From Tubiluchus corallicola (lineage: Eukaryota > Animalia > Priapulida): a stretch of 64,000 nt of DNA. The notes beneath the pieces were generated by a model that had not been told where the DNA came from, did not search any database, and saw nothing but the letters and a program-made list of their open reading frames with translations. The stretch lies in the NCBI GenBank assembly GCA_030141605.1, contig JAQGDQ010000319.1, positions 206,596 through 270,595 of the forward strand, in the 5' to 3' direction. Below are positions 12,301 through 23,822 of this stretch, one piece after another; position 1 is the stretch's first letter, and the number at the start of each line of letters is the position of its first letter. Made by a program: the position numbers and the translations under genes.

Positions 12301-15213
12301 ATTATGTAATTACAGTTTAAAGTTTTTTCAATTAAAAAGGTTTTGAGCGTATAACTGTTGCCTCTTAATGTGTTTAAAAAACGTTTCTGTATTTTGAGCA
12401 GTGTTGTTTGTAGTTTCACTGGGCATTTTTGTTGAATTATGGCAACAAATCACATGCTTAAGAATTTGTAAATAATATAAACAATATAAACACATTTTAG
12501 TTAAAAATGCGGTTATGTTTTAACATGGAAAAATCTTGCTACCACGGATTTTTAATTTAAATTTTCAAAGGATATTTTTAAGGGCCTTTATTCAATTGGG
12601 AGCTTGTCTTGAGGTCACTTTTTCAACTTAAGTTAATAATTTTTTTCACGAACCAAAACTGAAAAACGGAGTGTATACAGAAAACAGATGAGTGTAACAC
12701 AAAAAAAAACGTCAAAAGTGCAAAACATAATCTCAAAATGAGATCATTTGATAAAGCGGCATACTCTAGCAATGCACTTCGAGACATCTCAATGAATTCC
12801 CCTATTCTTCTTGGTCCATCAAACCTTTGAGAACCCATTCGTTGAGCAAGCAAATCTTGAAGCATACCATATTCAGTGCGCAGTTCATCATGTAAATTGA
12901 AATCATTTCCTAAGATGTCTTGTATCCGACTGTTAAAACTGAACTGCCTGTAAAGAGAATTCGTGGCAAACTGTTAGATAATACTGTAACCGCATCCACT
13001 GACAAATTTTGAAATTTAATGAAGGTAGGATCATTTTATGATTACACTGGATCAACAAGGTTTGAAAATTACACCATATAAAACTGTTCAAGCTATCTAA
13101 TTTTTCGCATACGTATAGTTATTTAAATATATTTTGAGCTGCGTGTTAACACTTACAAGTATTTATTAAGTACATAACTTTTCATCTTCTTACTCTTAAA
13201 TCAATTTCAGAGCAACTTGTATAAGTTTTATCAACTGCAGTAGTGCGATCTTACTTTATTTTCAACATAGAAAAGTCACTATTGATTCTCAAATAAAAAC
13301 AGGGCAATAAAACAAATGAAGATGTTCTTCTTTAAAAAAAATTCTCCTGCTTCTCACGGTCTTACCTTGGACATTCCTACATGCGCAATTAAAAGTTGTT
13401 GTTGGTATCCTTCTATCTCGGAAGACAATGGACTGTGCACCAAGAGAGTCAGTTATTGATCACATTAATCGAGCTGCAGCGTCGACTGTGGCTGAGCAAT
13501 CCGATTCTTGAACCACTGGAGTGGCCTTTCCAGGGCGCACGCTTGGGCAAGGTGTATGGAGATCCGGAGTTGCCCAGACAACAGGAACCCCCTCTCTTCC
13601 TCCCTGGTGTAGTCCAAAGGAAAGCATTTGGCACTAGGTTGGCTGCAGGAGCTGCCGGAATCAGTGAGCATGCTGCACGGGTCCGCCTTCGGGGCTCCAC
13701 TCCTGATTTGGAAGGTTTACTCCTCTACACATGGCCGTTGGGTCACTTGACCTCCTCCGCCCTCTTGTGCAGCTCCTCCGCCTAGTGTCGAGATACATTG
13801 TGGGCATCCCGCAAGCCTACAGTATCTGGTATTCCTAGGCGGTCACCCATCCATGTACTGACCAGGCTCTACGTTGCTTAGCTTCGGTGATCAGACGAGA
13901 ACCGGTGTTTTCAACGTGATGTGGCCGTAGAATTAACAGTTCTTATAAATAAATTCAGTTTTTTCTTTGAGCTACTTGTAATTAGAATTCTCTACAAAGA
14001 AAGTGTTGCCCTGAAAACTACCACCTCGTGTAGAAGAAGAAGAAGAAGAATAGATGTCTTCTATTTTGGGTTTCTATCACTAGCAACTTAATTAGAATAA
14101 TTCTATTTTTAAATCCTATTCATATTTTCATATTTTTTTGGAATTGTTCCTATTTTCAACTTTCTGTCATGGCGTCTCACCCCGAGTGACCTTTGACCTT
14201 GTTTGAAAAAATTGTAACACTTACGGATTTTTTGTTAGCACAGCAGCCAGCAAAGTTGACGTGAATGTCTTAGTGACAGAAGCAATGCAGAATCGGTGAT
14301 CTACAGTCAGTTCTTCCTGCGTTTCTATGTCTGCAACTCCATAAGTTTTATTATAAACGATCTCATTGTCTTTTACCATCACTATGCTCACGCCAGGACC
14401 AAAGTGCAGACATTCCATAAGCTGAAAGTAGAACGAAAATATCCTAACAGAAGATGGCGCTGGTAATAAATTGTAAAAATCTGATAATCAGAGACTGAGG
14501 TAACTTGGCACTGGGAAATATATAGTACTTCGAAGACTTAATTAGTAGAAGTCTGACACAAAGGCGAATGATCTCTACTACTTGAAAGATTTAATTGGCA
14601 TAGAAAACTGACTCAAATGTGAAGCATATGTATACTATTTGAGAACTTATTCAATAGAAAAATTACACAAAGATTCATACAACTTTGACGACGTAATTAG
14701 TAGAAGTCTTATATAAAGGCAAATGATCGGAATTGCTTTGACAATCTAGTTTGTGTGCTCTGTCGAAATTTTACTATTAATAATTACTTGACGTAGACGC
14801 GAACGGTATATACTACTTTGGTGGCAGAAAGTGGGACAAATGAGGGTCATCTATACTACTCTGTGCGTAGGCTTTGTTGTAATTTTAGTTTGAATAGTAG
14901 TTGACATTGAAGCAAACGATATATACTACTCTAATGCCTTGCTAACACGAAAGTGTATGATTCGTACTACTCTGGTAGACAAAGTACGTAATGTGTTGAA
15001 ATCATTGTAAGAGAATTACAAAAGTAAAATACGACCCATGGTTACTTTCATAGCAGTAAGTAACTCTAGGTAACAAACATGACAAACAAAACTTACAGAA
15101 TGGATCAAATCATCCAGCCATGACGTCTTTTCTTCACTAAGTGGCTCCGTTACCGCAGAGCAAAGAAGAACCAGACTCACAACAGAAATTGCAAACCGAA
15201 CTTTTTTCTCCAT
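8453..15213 (-). CDS. Secreted serine beta-lactamase/peptidase S12-like protein, about 585 aa, with probable GPI anchor
   Basis: Six exons complement(15097..15213, 14225..14421, 12765..12947, 11441..11716, 10929..11176, 8453..9189), GT-AG, phases 0,2,2,2,1, totalling 1758 nt in frame. Signal peptide MEKKVRFAISVVSLVLLCSA; PGVSIVMVKD; F-x-I-A-S-V-T-K (SxxK); F-S-Y-N-N (YxN); PAGGL; GYGLG; YHDG (third motif). Ends with a P/T-rich spacer and hydrophobic tail. Confidence 0.92.
9242..9732 (+). mobile_element. 3'-truncated copy of the non-autonomous Helitron family seen at 46.7-58.0 kb, in beta-lactamase intron 5
   Basis: Starts a|TCtatctattatattaatattcttgg, carries a (TA)n(GA)n expansion, then aagattcgaggctacag...ggtgggactc matching the cluster copies. 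The 3' hairpin and CTAG are absent. Confidence 0.8.
9872..10279. mobile_element. hAT-type (Ac-like) non-autonomous DNA transposon/MITE
   Basis: 8-bp TSD ctatacag at 9864-9871 and 10280-10287; imperfect TIRs tagggttgagcat / atgctcacgctta; many subterminal TTCGAA repeats. Confidence 0.85.
13398..13930 (-). mobile_element. 5S rRNA-derived SINE (SINE3-type), full length, in beta-lactamase intron 2
   Basis: The minus strand starts with a near-complete 5S head (13813-13930: ctacggccacatcacgttgaaaacaccggttctcgtctgatcaccgaagctaagc...ggatgggtgaccgcctaggaatacc...gtaggctt). An ~410-nt body shared with 27322-27848 follows, then a (CAA)n tail. Flanks aattaaaagtt / aattaacagtt form an 11-bp TSD with 1 mismatch. 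Confidence 0.88.
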
Positions 15214-15574
15214 GCTTGTAGCAACTACTTATAATACACTCGTAAAGATGAGGGTGCCTTGGAGTAATTACACTTACTTTGAAGTAAACTGTAATTCACC
15301 GATTTCTTTTGTTTTGCGACAGTATTTAACGACAAAAGTAGTTATTTAATTTATGTTATTACCAGTATAGTTTAGCTATAATATTGCTCATATTTGCTTC
15401 TCAGTAGGTTACATGCGTTTACTTGACCAGAGGGCAGATTCCTATCATTCGGATCTAATCCGTTTTCCAAGTGCCATCTGTTAATTTGTCAAATACAGAA
15501 TAATTTGATATATTTCTTAACAGTCTGTAACTTTATTGCACTTTAACTAAACGTATTTAATGATTTCTATTATT

Positions 15575-15693
15575 GCGCTACTGAGTAGGTTGTGCTATTA
15601 TTGTGCTACTCAGTAGGTTGCGCTATTATTGTGCTACTCAGTAGGTTGTGCTATTATTGTGCTACTCAGTAGGTTGTGCTATTATTGTGCTAC
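15575..15693. repeat. 28-bp minisatellite, about 4 copies
   Basis: Unit gctattattgtgctactcagtaggttgy. Confidence 0.9.
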
Positions 15694-15879
15694 TCGACAC
15701 TTTCTGTCTCTGTCTGAAGAGTAAACAGGATACAGGCGTACAAAGATGCAGAATCTGCTGCCAAGATATAAACGAGGAAGGAATTTGTTGTTCGACTGCA
15801 GAAGAAGAGCCTGCTGTTTATGTGCACTCAAGAATCGAGTATTGTCTTAACACTGCAGGAGAAATGAGTATGTCTCAAC

Positions 15880-17680
15880 GATGCACAAGAAGTGAGTATG
15901 TCTTAACGATGCATAACAAGTGAGTATGTTCTTAAAGATGCATAAGAAGTGAGTATGTTCTTAACGATGCATAAGAAGTGAGTATGTTCTTAAAGATGCA
16001 TAAGAAGTGAGTATGTTCTTAACGATGCATAAGAAGTGAGTATGTTCTTAACGATGCATAAGAAGTGAGTATGTTCTTAAGTGCAAAGAAGAGTATGTCT
16101 TAACGTGCACAAGAAGTGAGTATGTTTTAACGATGCATAACAAGTGAGTATGTTCTTAACGATGCATAAGAAGTGAGTATGTTCTTAACGATGCATAAGA
16201 AGTGAGTATGTTCTTAAAGATGCACAAGACGTGAGTATGTCTTAACGATGCATAACAAGTGAGTATGTTCTTAAAGATGCATAAGAAGTGAGTATGTTCT
16301 TAACGATGCATAAGAAGTGAGTATGTTCTTAACGATGCATAAGAAGTGAGTATGTTCTTAACGATGCATAAGAAGTGAGTATGTTCTTAACGATGCATAA
16401 GAAGTGAGTATGTTCTTAACGACGCATAAGAAGTGAGTATGTTCTTAAAGGTGCATAAGAAGTGAGTATGTTCTTAACGATGCATAAGAAGTGAGTATGT
16501 CTTAATGCTGCACAAGAATCGAGTATGTACTTAACACTGCACAAGAAGTGAGTATGTTTCAACGATGCATAACAAGTGAGTATGTTCTTAACGATGCATA
16601 AGAAGTGAGTATGTTCTTAACGATGCATAAGAAGTGAGTATGTTCTTAGCGATGCATAAGAAGTGAGTATGTTTCAACGATGCATAACAAGTGAGTATGT
16701 TCTTAAAGATGCACAAGAAGTGAGTATGTTTCAACGATGCATAACAAGTGAGTATGTTCTTAAAGATGCACAAGACGTGAGTATGTCTTAACGATGCATA
16801 ACAAGTGAGTATGTTCTTAAAGATGCATAAGAAGTGAGTATGTTCTTAACGATGCATAAGAAGTGAGTATGTTCTTAGCGATGCATAAGAAGTGAGTATG
16901 TTCTTAAAGGTGCACAAGAAGTGAGTATGTTCTTAACGATGCGCAAGAAGTGAGTATGTTCTTAACGATGCATAAGAGTGAGTATGTTCTTAAGTGCATA
17001 AGAAGTGAGTATGTTCTTAACGATGCATAAAGTGGTATGTTCTTAACGATGCATAAGAAGTGAGTATGTTCTTAACGATGCATAAGAAGTGAGTATGTTC
17101 TTAACGATGCATAAGAAGTGAGTATGTTCTTAAGTGCATAAGAAGTGGTATGTTCTTAACGATGCATAAGAAGTGAGTATGTTCTTAACGATGCATAAGA
17201 AGTGAGTATGTTCTTAACGATGCATAAGAAGTGAGTATGTTCTTAACGATGCATAAGAAGTGAGTATGTTCTTAACGATGCATAAGAAGTGAGTATGTTC
17301 TTAACGATGCATAAGAAGTGAGTATGTTCTTGAAGGTACATAAGAAGTGAGTATGTTCTTAACGATGCATAAGAAGTGAGTATGTTCTTAACGATGCATA
17401 AGAAGTGAGTATGTTCTTAACGATGCATAAGAAGTGAGTATGTTCTTAACGATGCATAAGAAGTGAGTATGTTCTTAAAGGTGCATAAGAAGTGAGTATG
17501 TTCTTAACGATGCATAAGAAGTGAGTATGTTCTTAACGATGCATAAGAAGTGAGTATGTTCTTAACGATGCATAAGAAGTGAGTATGTTCTTGAAGGTAC
17601 ATAAGAAGTGAGTATGTTCTTAACGATGCATAAGAAGTGAGTATGTTCTTAACGATGCATAAGAAGTGAGTATGTTCTTA
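15880..17680. repeat. 29-bp tandem satellite, about 60 copies, with degenerate flanks
   Basis: Unit aagaagtgagtatgttcttaacgatgcat. Diverged ~28-bp relatives continue at about 15795-15880 and 17680-18120. Confidence 0.97.
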
Positions 17681-20277
17681 TTGCTGCACAAGAACCGAGA
17701 ATGTTATTAAGACTGCACAAGGACCGAGTACGTTCTTATGGTTGCCCAAGAAGTGAGTGTGCTGTTTGCACTGCAAAACAGTGACCCTAATTTGTTGTAT
17801 ACACTTTCGAAGGACGTAGTCTACTGTTCGCACTGTACAAGCATTGAGATCGTTGCTTACACTGCACGCTGATCGAGTCCACTGTGACTGTTGATGGAAG
17901 GATCTAGTCCAGTGTTTAACTTTACTGCACAAAGATTAAGACTGCAGAGTCTACATTGCAGTCCATTGTTTATGCTGCACTTAAGTTGCACAATAGGACA
18001 GAATCTATTATTTACAACCTCTGGGACCCTCATCTGTTGTTTCACTGTCCCAAGACCGAGTCCGCTGCTTGCACTGTACGAGGACCTAGCCCGCTTTTAT
18101 AATGCAAAAGGACCTAGCATATATTTCAATGTTTATGGTACGCACATATTTGCTTGCACCTGTAATTATATTACAAATTCCGTTACTGTGAAAAGCTACG
18201 GTCTAGCAAATCTGACAAAGCTAACAGCATGAATTTTCGTCGCGCCATCTTTTTATTCAAGTGATATGTATTTATCTCCTCATTAGTTTATTCTGTCTGC
18301 TGTGATGGTCCCACTTTTCCTCCCATCCTGTTATGATAATTCCGGTTTCTGTACTTAAGCCTTAAGGTCACGAAAGATATAAACCTCTGCGAAATCTGGA
18401 AAAATTGCTCTTGCCGTCAAAGCGAGAAGATTTTAGCTCAAATTTGGGTCATGGGCATAAATAAGTGAGCTGATTTCTGAATAATTTTGAATGAAACATG
18501 ATATTTTCTATAGCAGTCAATAGGGGGAGACTCCTGTCTAAGGCTTACCAGTAGGCTAATATAAATTCATTCATTACATCATTCTATTTTGAAGCACTAA
18601 AAGTTTTCTTTATCATACGATTCACTTCAAATTTTTAGATTATTTTCATAACTTTTTTTCTTTCATTGTGTGGGACAATCTAACAAGCCCTGCTGTTTGA
18701 TTGCCCGCAACACATTTGCATTTGTATACAGGTAAACAGTGTGTGATGCTTTTCTTGTGCAGAAACAATAAAAGTTTATTTGTATTATGTTCATTGTAGG
18801 CCCTTTCACTAGATATATTGTACATGAACCTATTGTAAATGTGTCATGTGAAATAAATGACTTATGACTTATATAAGCTACAGCTTGCGGCCGCTCAAGC
18901 TTGGGGGCGGGGGGTCTCAAACTTTAGTAACATTTGGCAAAAAATAATTTTTCACTGTGTTGAAATAATAATAATATCATGATTTGGTTTGTAGCAAATA
19001 GTAAAATCGTGGCATTTCTTAAAGAATCTTTTCATTGGAAAAACAAAAGACAGCTATTCAAGTTTATTTAAAGAATTTTCAGTAAGTTTACTTCAGGCTG
19101 TGTAAATGTTGCAAAAATACATCACGCGTAAAGATTTTCAAAGAAATACGTGCCAAGGAGTTAGAGGGTGGGTCTGTCTGAGAGGGCCCCATAATTTCAT
19201 TAGCTTAGGACGTCAAAAGGTCATGATCCGGGGACTTGGCCCTACATGATTTTTATCTTACGAGAATTTGTGTCCATTGTTCGTGAAATAGTTTACATTT
19301 GGTTTATAACATTATATATAACTTGACTAAATCTTGTTTATTAATAATATATTTGCAGTTATTTATGTAAATAAACTGGTCATTTTTTTGGGATATGATT
19401 TAACACATCTTCTTAGCTCTATATTTTTGGGATATGATTTAGCACAGCTTCTTAGCTCAATATTTTTTGGGATATGATTTAGCACATCTTTTAACCATTT
19501 AAGTTCCTCGTGCTTTCACTGATGTTCTATAAAGTACGGCGTACGGCACTCTGCACCGTGTAAATGTAACTGGTTGTGGCAGCACCGGAATTTTGCACAT
19601 TATCAAGGATATCCCTCTACGATGAGATACTGAACCAACAGAGGTATTTCAGGCACGTTTGGATCTGAATGCACCCGTTCCCTGACGGTAGTGTAGGCCG
19701 ACAAAATTTATTTTAGCAGTGTTGTTGATAGGCACCCATCCATTTTCTAACCAGGCCCAATATCTTGACCTACATCTCACTATATCTTAGTTTTTATTCT
19801 TGCCGTTGTTTTAACACATAATTATATTATGTGTCATCCATATTCCATATAATTTGTGGTATTTTGATGGTTTACACGAGATTATTTGGGATAGTGTTAG
19901 CAGGGTTACCTCCCTCCCCCTGTGTGATTTGATTTAATTTGATTTAACGCTTTATTTCGAATCAAAATTCATATTTACACGCACAAAATAAAAAACAAAC
20001 ATAAAAAAATACATGCACCACAATCACAGTATGGTGAGGACCAGTGCAATGGGGTACCCAATCTACCCTCCTACAGACACATCTGAGTTTCGAACGTTAT
20101 TAAATCAACTTTGTCTTTTGCTGGATGACAATTCTGAGAATAAAGTATAAAGGCATAAAATTAGGTAAATTGCTAGAACGACTGTTTGCTAGAAATGTTA
20201 ATAGATTTAACAAGATGCATTTAACAACCACATAACCTTGATAATGATAATCATGGTTTAAACCTTAACATCCTTAT

Positions 20278-20593
20278 CTGTAGCGGATAGCCCTATAGGC
20301 TGAATAGGCTGAAGCCTAAGGCCCGGGATCAAAAGGGGCCCTGCAAAATAAAACGGAAAAAAAATTTTTTTTGTAAAAAAAATAAATTGACAAAAGAGCA
20401 AGGGGCCCGCCAAAATAAAATATAGAAAAAAGTTTTTTTCAAAAGTCAGTCACTATATTTCAATTCAAGTTTACACAAATGAAGTTTACACAATTCAGTT
20501 ACACAAAAACACGTCAGCTCAGCAGTGTAGCAACATTTAAAAGGCCCGTTCCAAGCTCAAGCCTAAGGCCCATAAAATCATAATCCGCCGCTG
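20278..20593. mobile_element. hAT-type non-autonomous element/MITE
   Basis: 8-bp TSD atccttat at 20270-20277 and 20594-20601; imperfect TIR ctgtagcggat / atccgccgctg; internal repeated ggccc and gcctaaggccc motifs. Confidence 0.8.
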
Positions 20594-21235
20594 ATCCTTA
20601 TAGAATAAAGGTCCGAAACAGTTTTATAATGTGGCAAGAAAGGTCCTATTTTATAAGCTACGATACATAATATTACAACTTTGCATGAGTTTTGGAATGG
20701 TTTGTTACTTCGTATCTGCCCTCAGAAAATACGGTCAAATTCACCCTGGATACCATCACGTAATGGCGGCATTATAAAAATGTAAAAGCGTTTCTCATCG
20801 TAATATTTTTTAATAATCTGCAATAACTGCTTTAGGTAACAGTCAGTAACGAAATATTTTCCACGGAAAACGTAAATTATGACTTTTAATAAATACCGGG
20901 AGACTCAAAACTAAAGAAAAATTAATAAAATGGAAAGGCGCAAGTTCAAAGAAATTGTGGATAGAAAGATCAAAGCTATAAAAAATTACCTTGGTCAATT
21001 TATAGTACCTGATGAGAGAAAAATTTTATTAGGAACGTCCGTTACCTTTAGAGCTTAGTTCAAGGTCAAAGTTCCATTACAAACACAAAATTGTAAGCTA
21101 TCAACTCAACACAGAATCGTTGCTTGGACAACTTAAAGTAGCTAATTAACCCAGTGGTGTCATCGGTGACACTTAGTGATACTTAATGTTGGGTCAGTTA
21201 CAACTAAAAACGTTGTCAATCCAACCTACGTAACG

Positions 21236-21342
21236 CAGAGAGGGAGAGAAAGAAAGAGAGGGAGAGAAAGAAAGAGAGGGAGAGAAAGAAAGAGAGGGAG
21301 AGAAAGAGAGAGAGGGAGAGAGAGAGAGAGATAAGGGAGGAG

Positions 21343-21382
<40 letters not shown>

Positions 21383-21393
21383 GAGAGAGAGAA

Positions 21394-21434
<41 letters not shown>

Positions 21435-21600
21435 AAAAGAGAAAGAGAGGGAGAGAAAGAGAGTGAGAGAGAGAGAGTGAGAGAGAAAGAGAGAGAGAGG
21501 GGGGAGAGAGAGAGAGGGAGAGGGAGAGAGAGAGAGAGAGAGAAAGAGAAAGAGAGGGAGATAGAGCGGGAGAGAGAGTGAGAGAGAGATAGAGAAACCC

Positions 21601-21690
<90 letters not shown>

Positions 21691-21723
21691 GAAAGAGAGA
21701 GAGAGAAAGAGAGAAAGAGAGAG

Positions 21724-21772
<49 letters not shown>

Positions 21773-21822
21773 CCCAAAAGAGAGAGAGAGAGAGAGAGAG
21801 TGAGGGAGAGAGACAGAGAGAG
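21236..21822. repeat. Compound (GA)n purine-rich microsatellite
   Basis: Direct reading. Confidence 0.95.
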
Positions 21823-23263
21823 CGTGAACGACGGTGTAGCTGTAGTGATATACTATACTGTTAGGTAATTATATAAAATTTATCTTATATTGCCATGAAA
21901 CTTTTATAGAAATATTTGTTTAATAACTTTAATTATTGGTATTATTTAGGTTATTAAAGACGACGTCGTTTTTCCAAGAGTCACTAAAACGTGTCATTTT
22001 ATAAACATTTCAAATTATCACATTATTTCGTAACACCTTTTCAAGAATTACATGCATAGGCGAATGTTTAATTTCCAAATTTCGTTTGTCTAAATTCTGG
22101 CAAACTGCGTTCATACTAACCGATAATATGATGCAGTTCCGTTTTCGTTTCATTGATGCCAAGTTTAAAAAATTATTCCGAATTATGGCCGGATTTCAAA
22201 ATTCTTAAAATCTATCCATAAAAATTATTATTGAAGAACGCGTGGCATTTCGTATGCATTTTGTTAAACCCAGCAAAATACGTGCATCTACGAAAAAGCC
22301 GGTATATAATAAACTTTTCAAAGAGGACGAACAGAATAGTTTATTACACCTGGAACAGCAGTGCCTAGATATTCTACGTATCTACAGCAGTAAGTATGTA
22401 CACCCCGTTAAGTAACCAGTCCTCTTCGTAACTTCGTAATAGGACCTGTATTATTGTTTGAAGATCCATATCATTCTTATTCAGTATTTTACCAATTTTT
22501 ATCAATGTTTAACTGCTGTATTTTGACAAAAGTGAGGCTAAATTCGTTAAATGACCAATTAACGTAACTCCCTCCTTTGAGAGTTACCTAGATACGCCCC
22601 TTTTGCCGCAGTCTATTATAATAATACCTTCACGTACAGTATGCATTGTAAAAATGTAGAACTGCTTCACATATTTTATAGTATTTTGTTAGAATCTATT
22701 AAACAACAAATAAGTAAAATTTATGCGTTTCTTCGAACTCCAGAGAAAAACCAGAAAATATGGATTCCTTGAAGCGAAATGATTTGTATTTAAATAGCGG
22801 AGAAACTCAAGATGCCATATCACGTTGCAAGCTGGATAGACGAGCTTTTGAAAGGGAACAGAAAGAAATAGAGAAAACAGAAGTAAAAAGATTCAGAGGT
22901 AAGCATTTCAAGTCATTCTTTTGTTCAAAGTTGTTATTCTTAGTTGTAGTGAGTGAAATGACTTTGGAATTGTTTTCAGTTCCATGTATATATATATATA
23001 TAATAATATCACAATGATATTATAATAATATATAATAATGGTGATATTATCTTTCATAATACAACAATATTATCTGTCGCACGTAATTAATGGCAAAACA
23101 AAAAACAACAATAACCAAATTAAGTAATTCAATTGTCATCAGGTAGTAAAAAGGCATCGCAAAATATTCCCTTTCCTTATTTCTTCTTTCTTTCAATTCT
23201 TTGTACAACATATTGATCATATAACATTGGTCTTTCAGCAATGACGTCACGTATTACAGTTAA

Positions 23264-23713
23264 AGGACAAGAAAGGCCTAGTTAAAGCAAGTTATAAAAT
23301 TTTCCCTAAAGAATTATAACGGTTAGAGGCAATCTTAAGCGTTTATCATACTCACCCTGAAAGAATTTCCTGTTTGTTTTCATTTTAAATCCTTCCGCGA
23401 GACTGTCACGGCGGCGCCATATTAGATGGCGTCACAGAACCACCACACAAATCTTTATAGTGCACGTGCTCAGAACTCACTGCGACTGTGTTCGAATGAC
23501 GTCATGCCACGTGATCAGTCACATGCTGGCTTTTCAATTGGCGGACTAAATGAAACAATGATGTCCACGCCAACTTTTACTGCAGTATTTGAAATAGTTT
23601 ACAAAAATTGGAGTAAATGCTAAAACTTTATTCGCTTACGATTATACTTAGGTGATATAATTTTTTATTGCGAATTTTTTGAGGCTTACTTTGGTTGGCC
23701 ATTTTCTTGTCCT
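23264..23713. mobile_element. Kolobok-type non-autonomous DNA element (TTAA target)
   Basis: ttaa|aggacaagaaa ... tttcttgtcct|ttaa; 11-bp perfect TIR and TTAA TSD. Confidence 0.8.
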
Positions 23714-23822
23714 TTAACGTTAGTTTGTATTGAGGTCATTGTATTGTAATTACTCTTAATTCTTCGTTAAATCAACGCCTGGACTAATGCCGAGTCTTTA
23801 TACAGTTTCAGAACAAACAAAA

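Noticed and set aside
13813-13930. Functional 5S rRNA gene (also 27322-27418)
   Set aside because: No oligo-T terminator after the 5S segment. Both copies continue into a shared body and simple-repeat tail; one has a TSD and the other is 5'-truncated.
8453-15213. Bacterial contamination or recent horizontal transfer of a beta-lactamase
   Set aside because: Five spliceosomal introns containing host transposons. Ancient transfer cannot be judged without a phylogeny.
21216-21777. LS-repeat ORFs, and similar poly-I/V/L/Y/HT/CVL ORFs at 29.4, 33.7, 34.5, 35.1, 37.8, 43.9, 45.7 and 61.9 kb
   Set aside because: Microsatellite or minisatellite translations.
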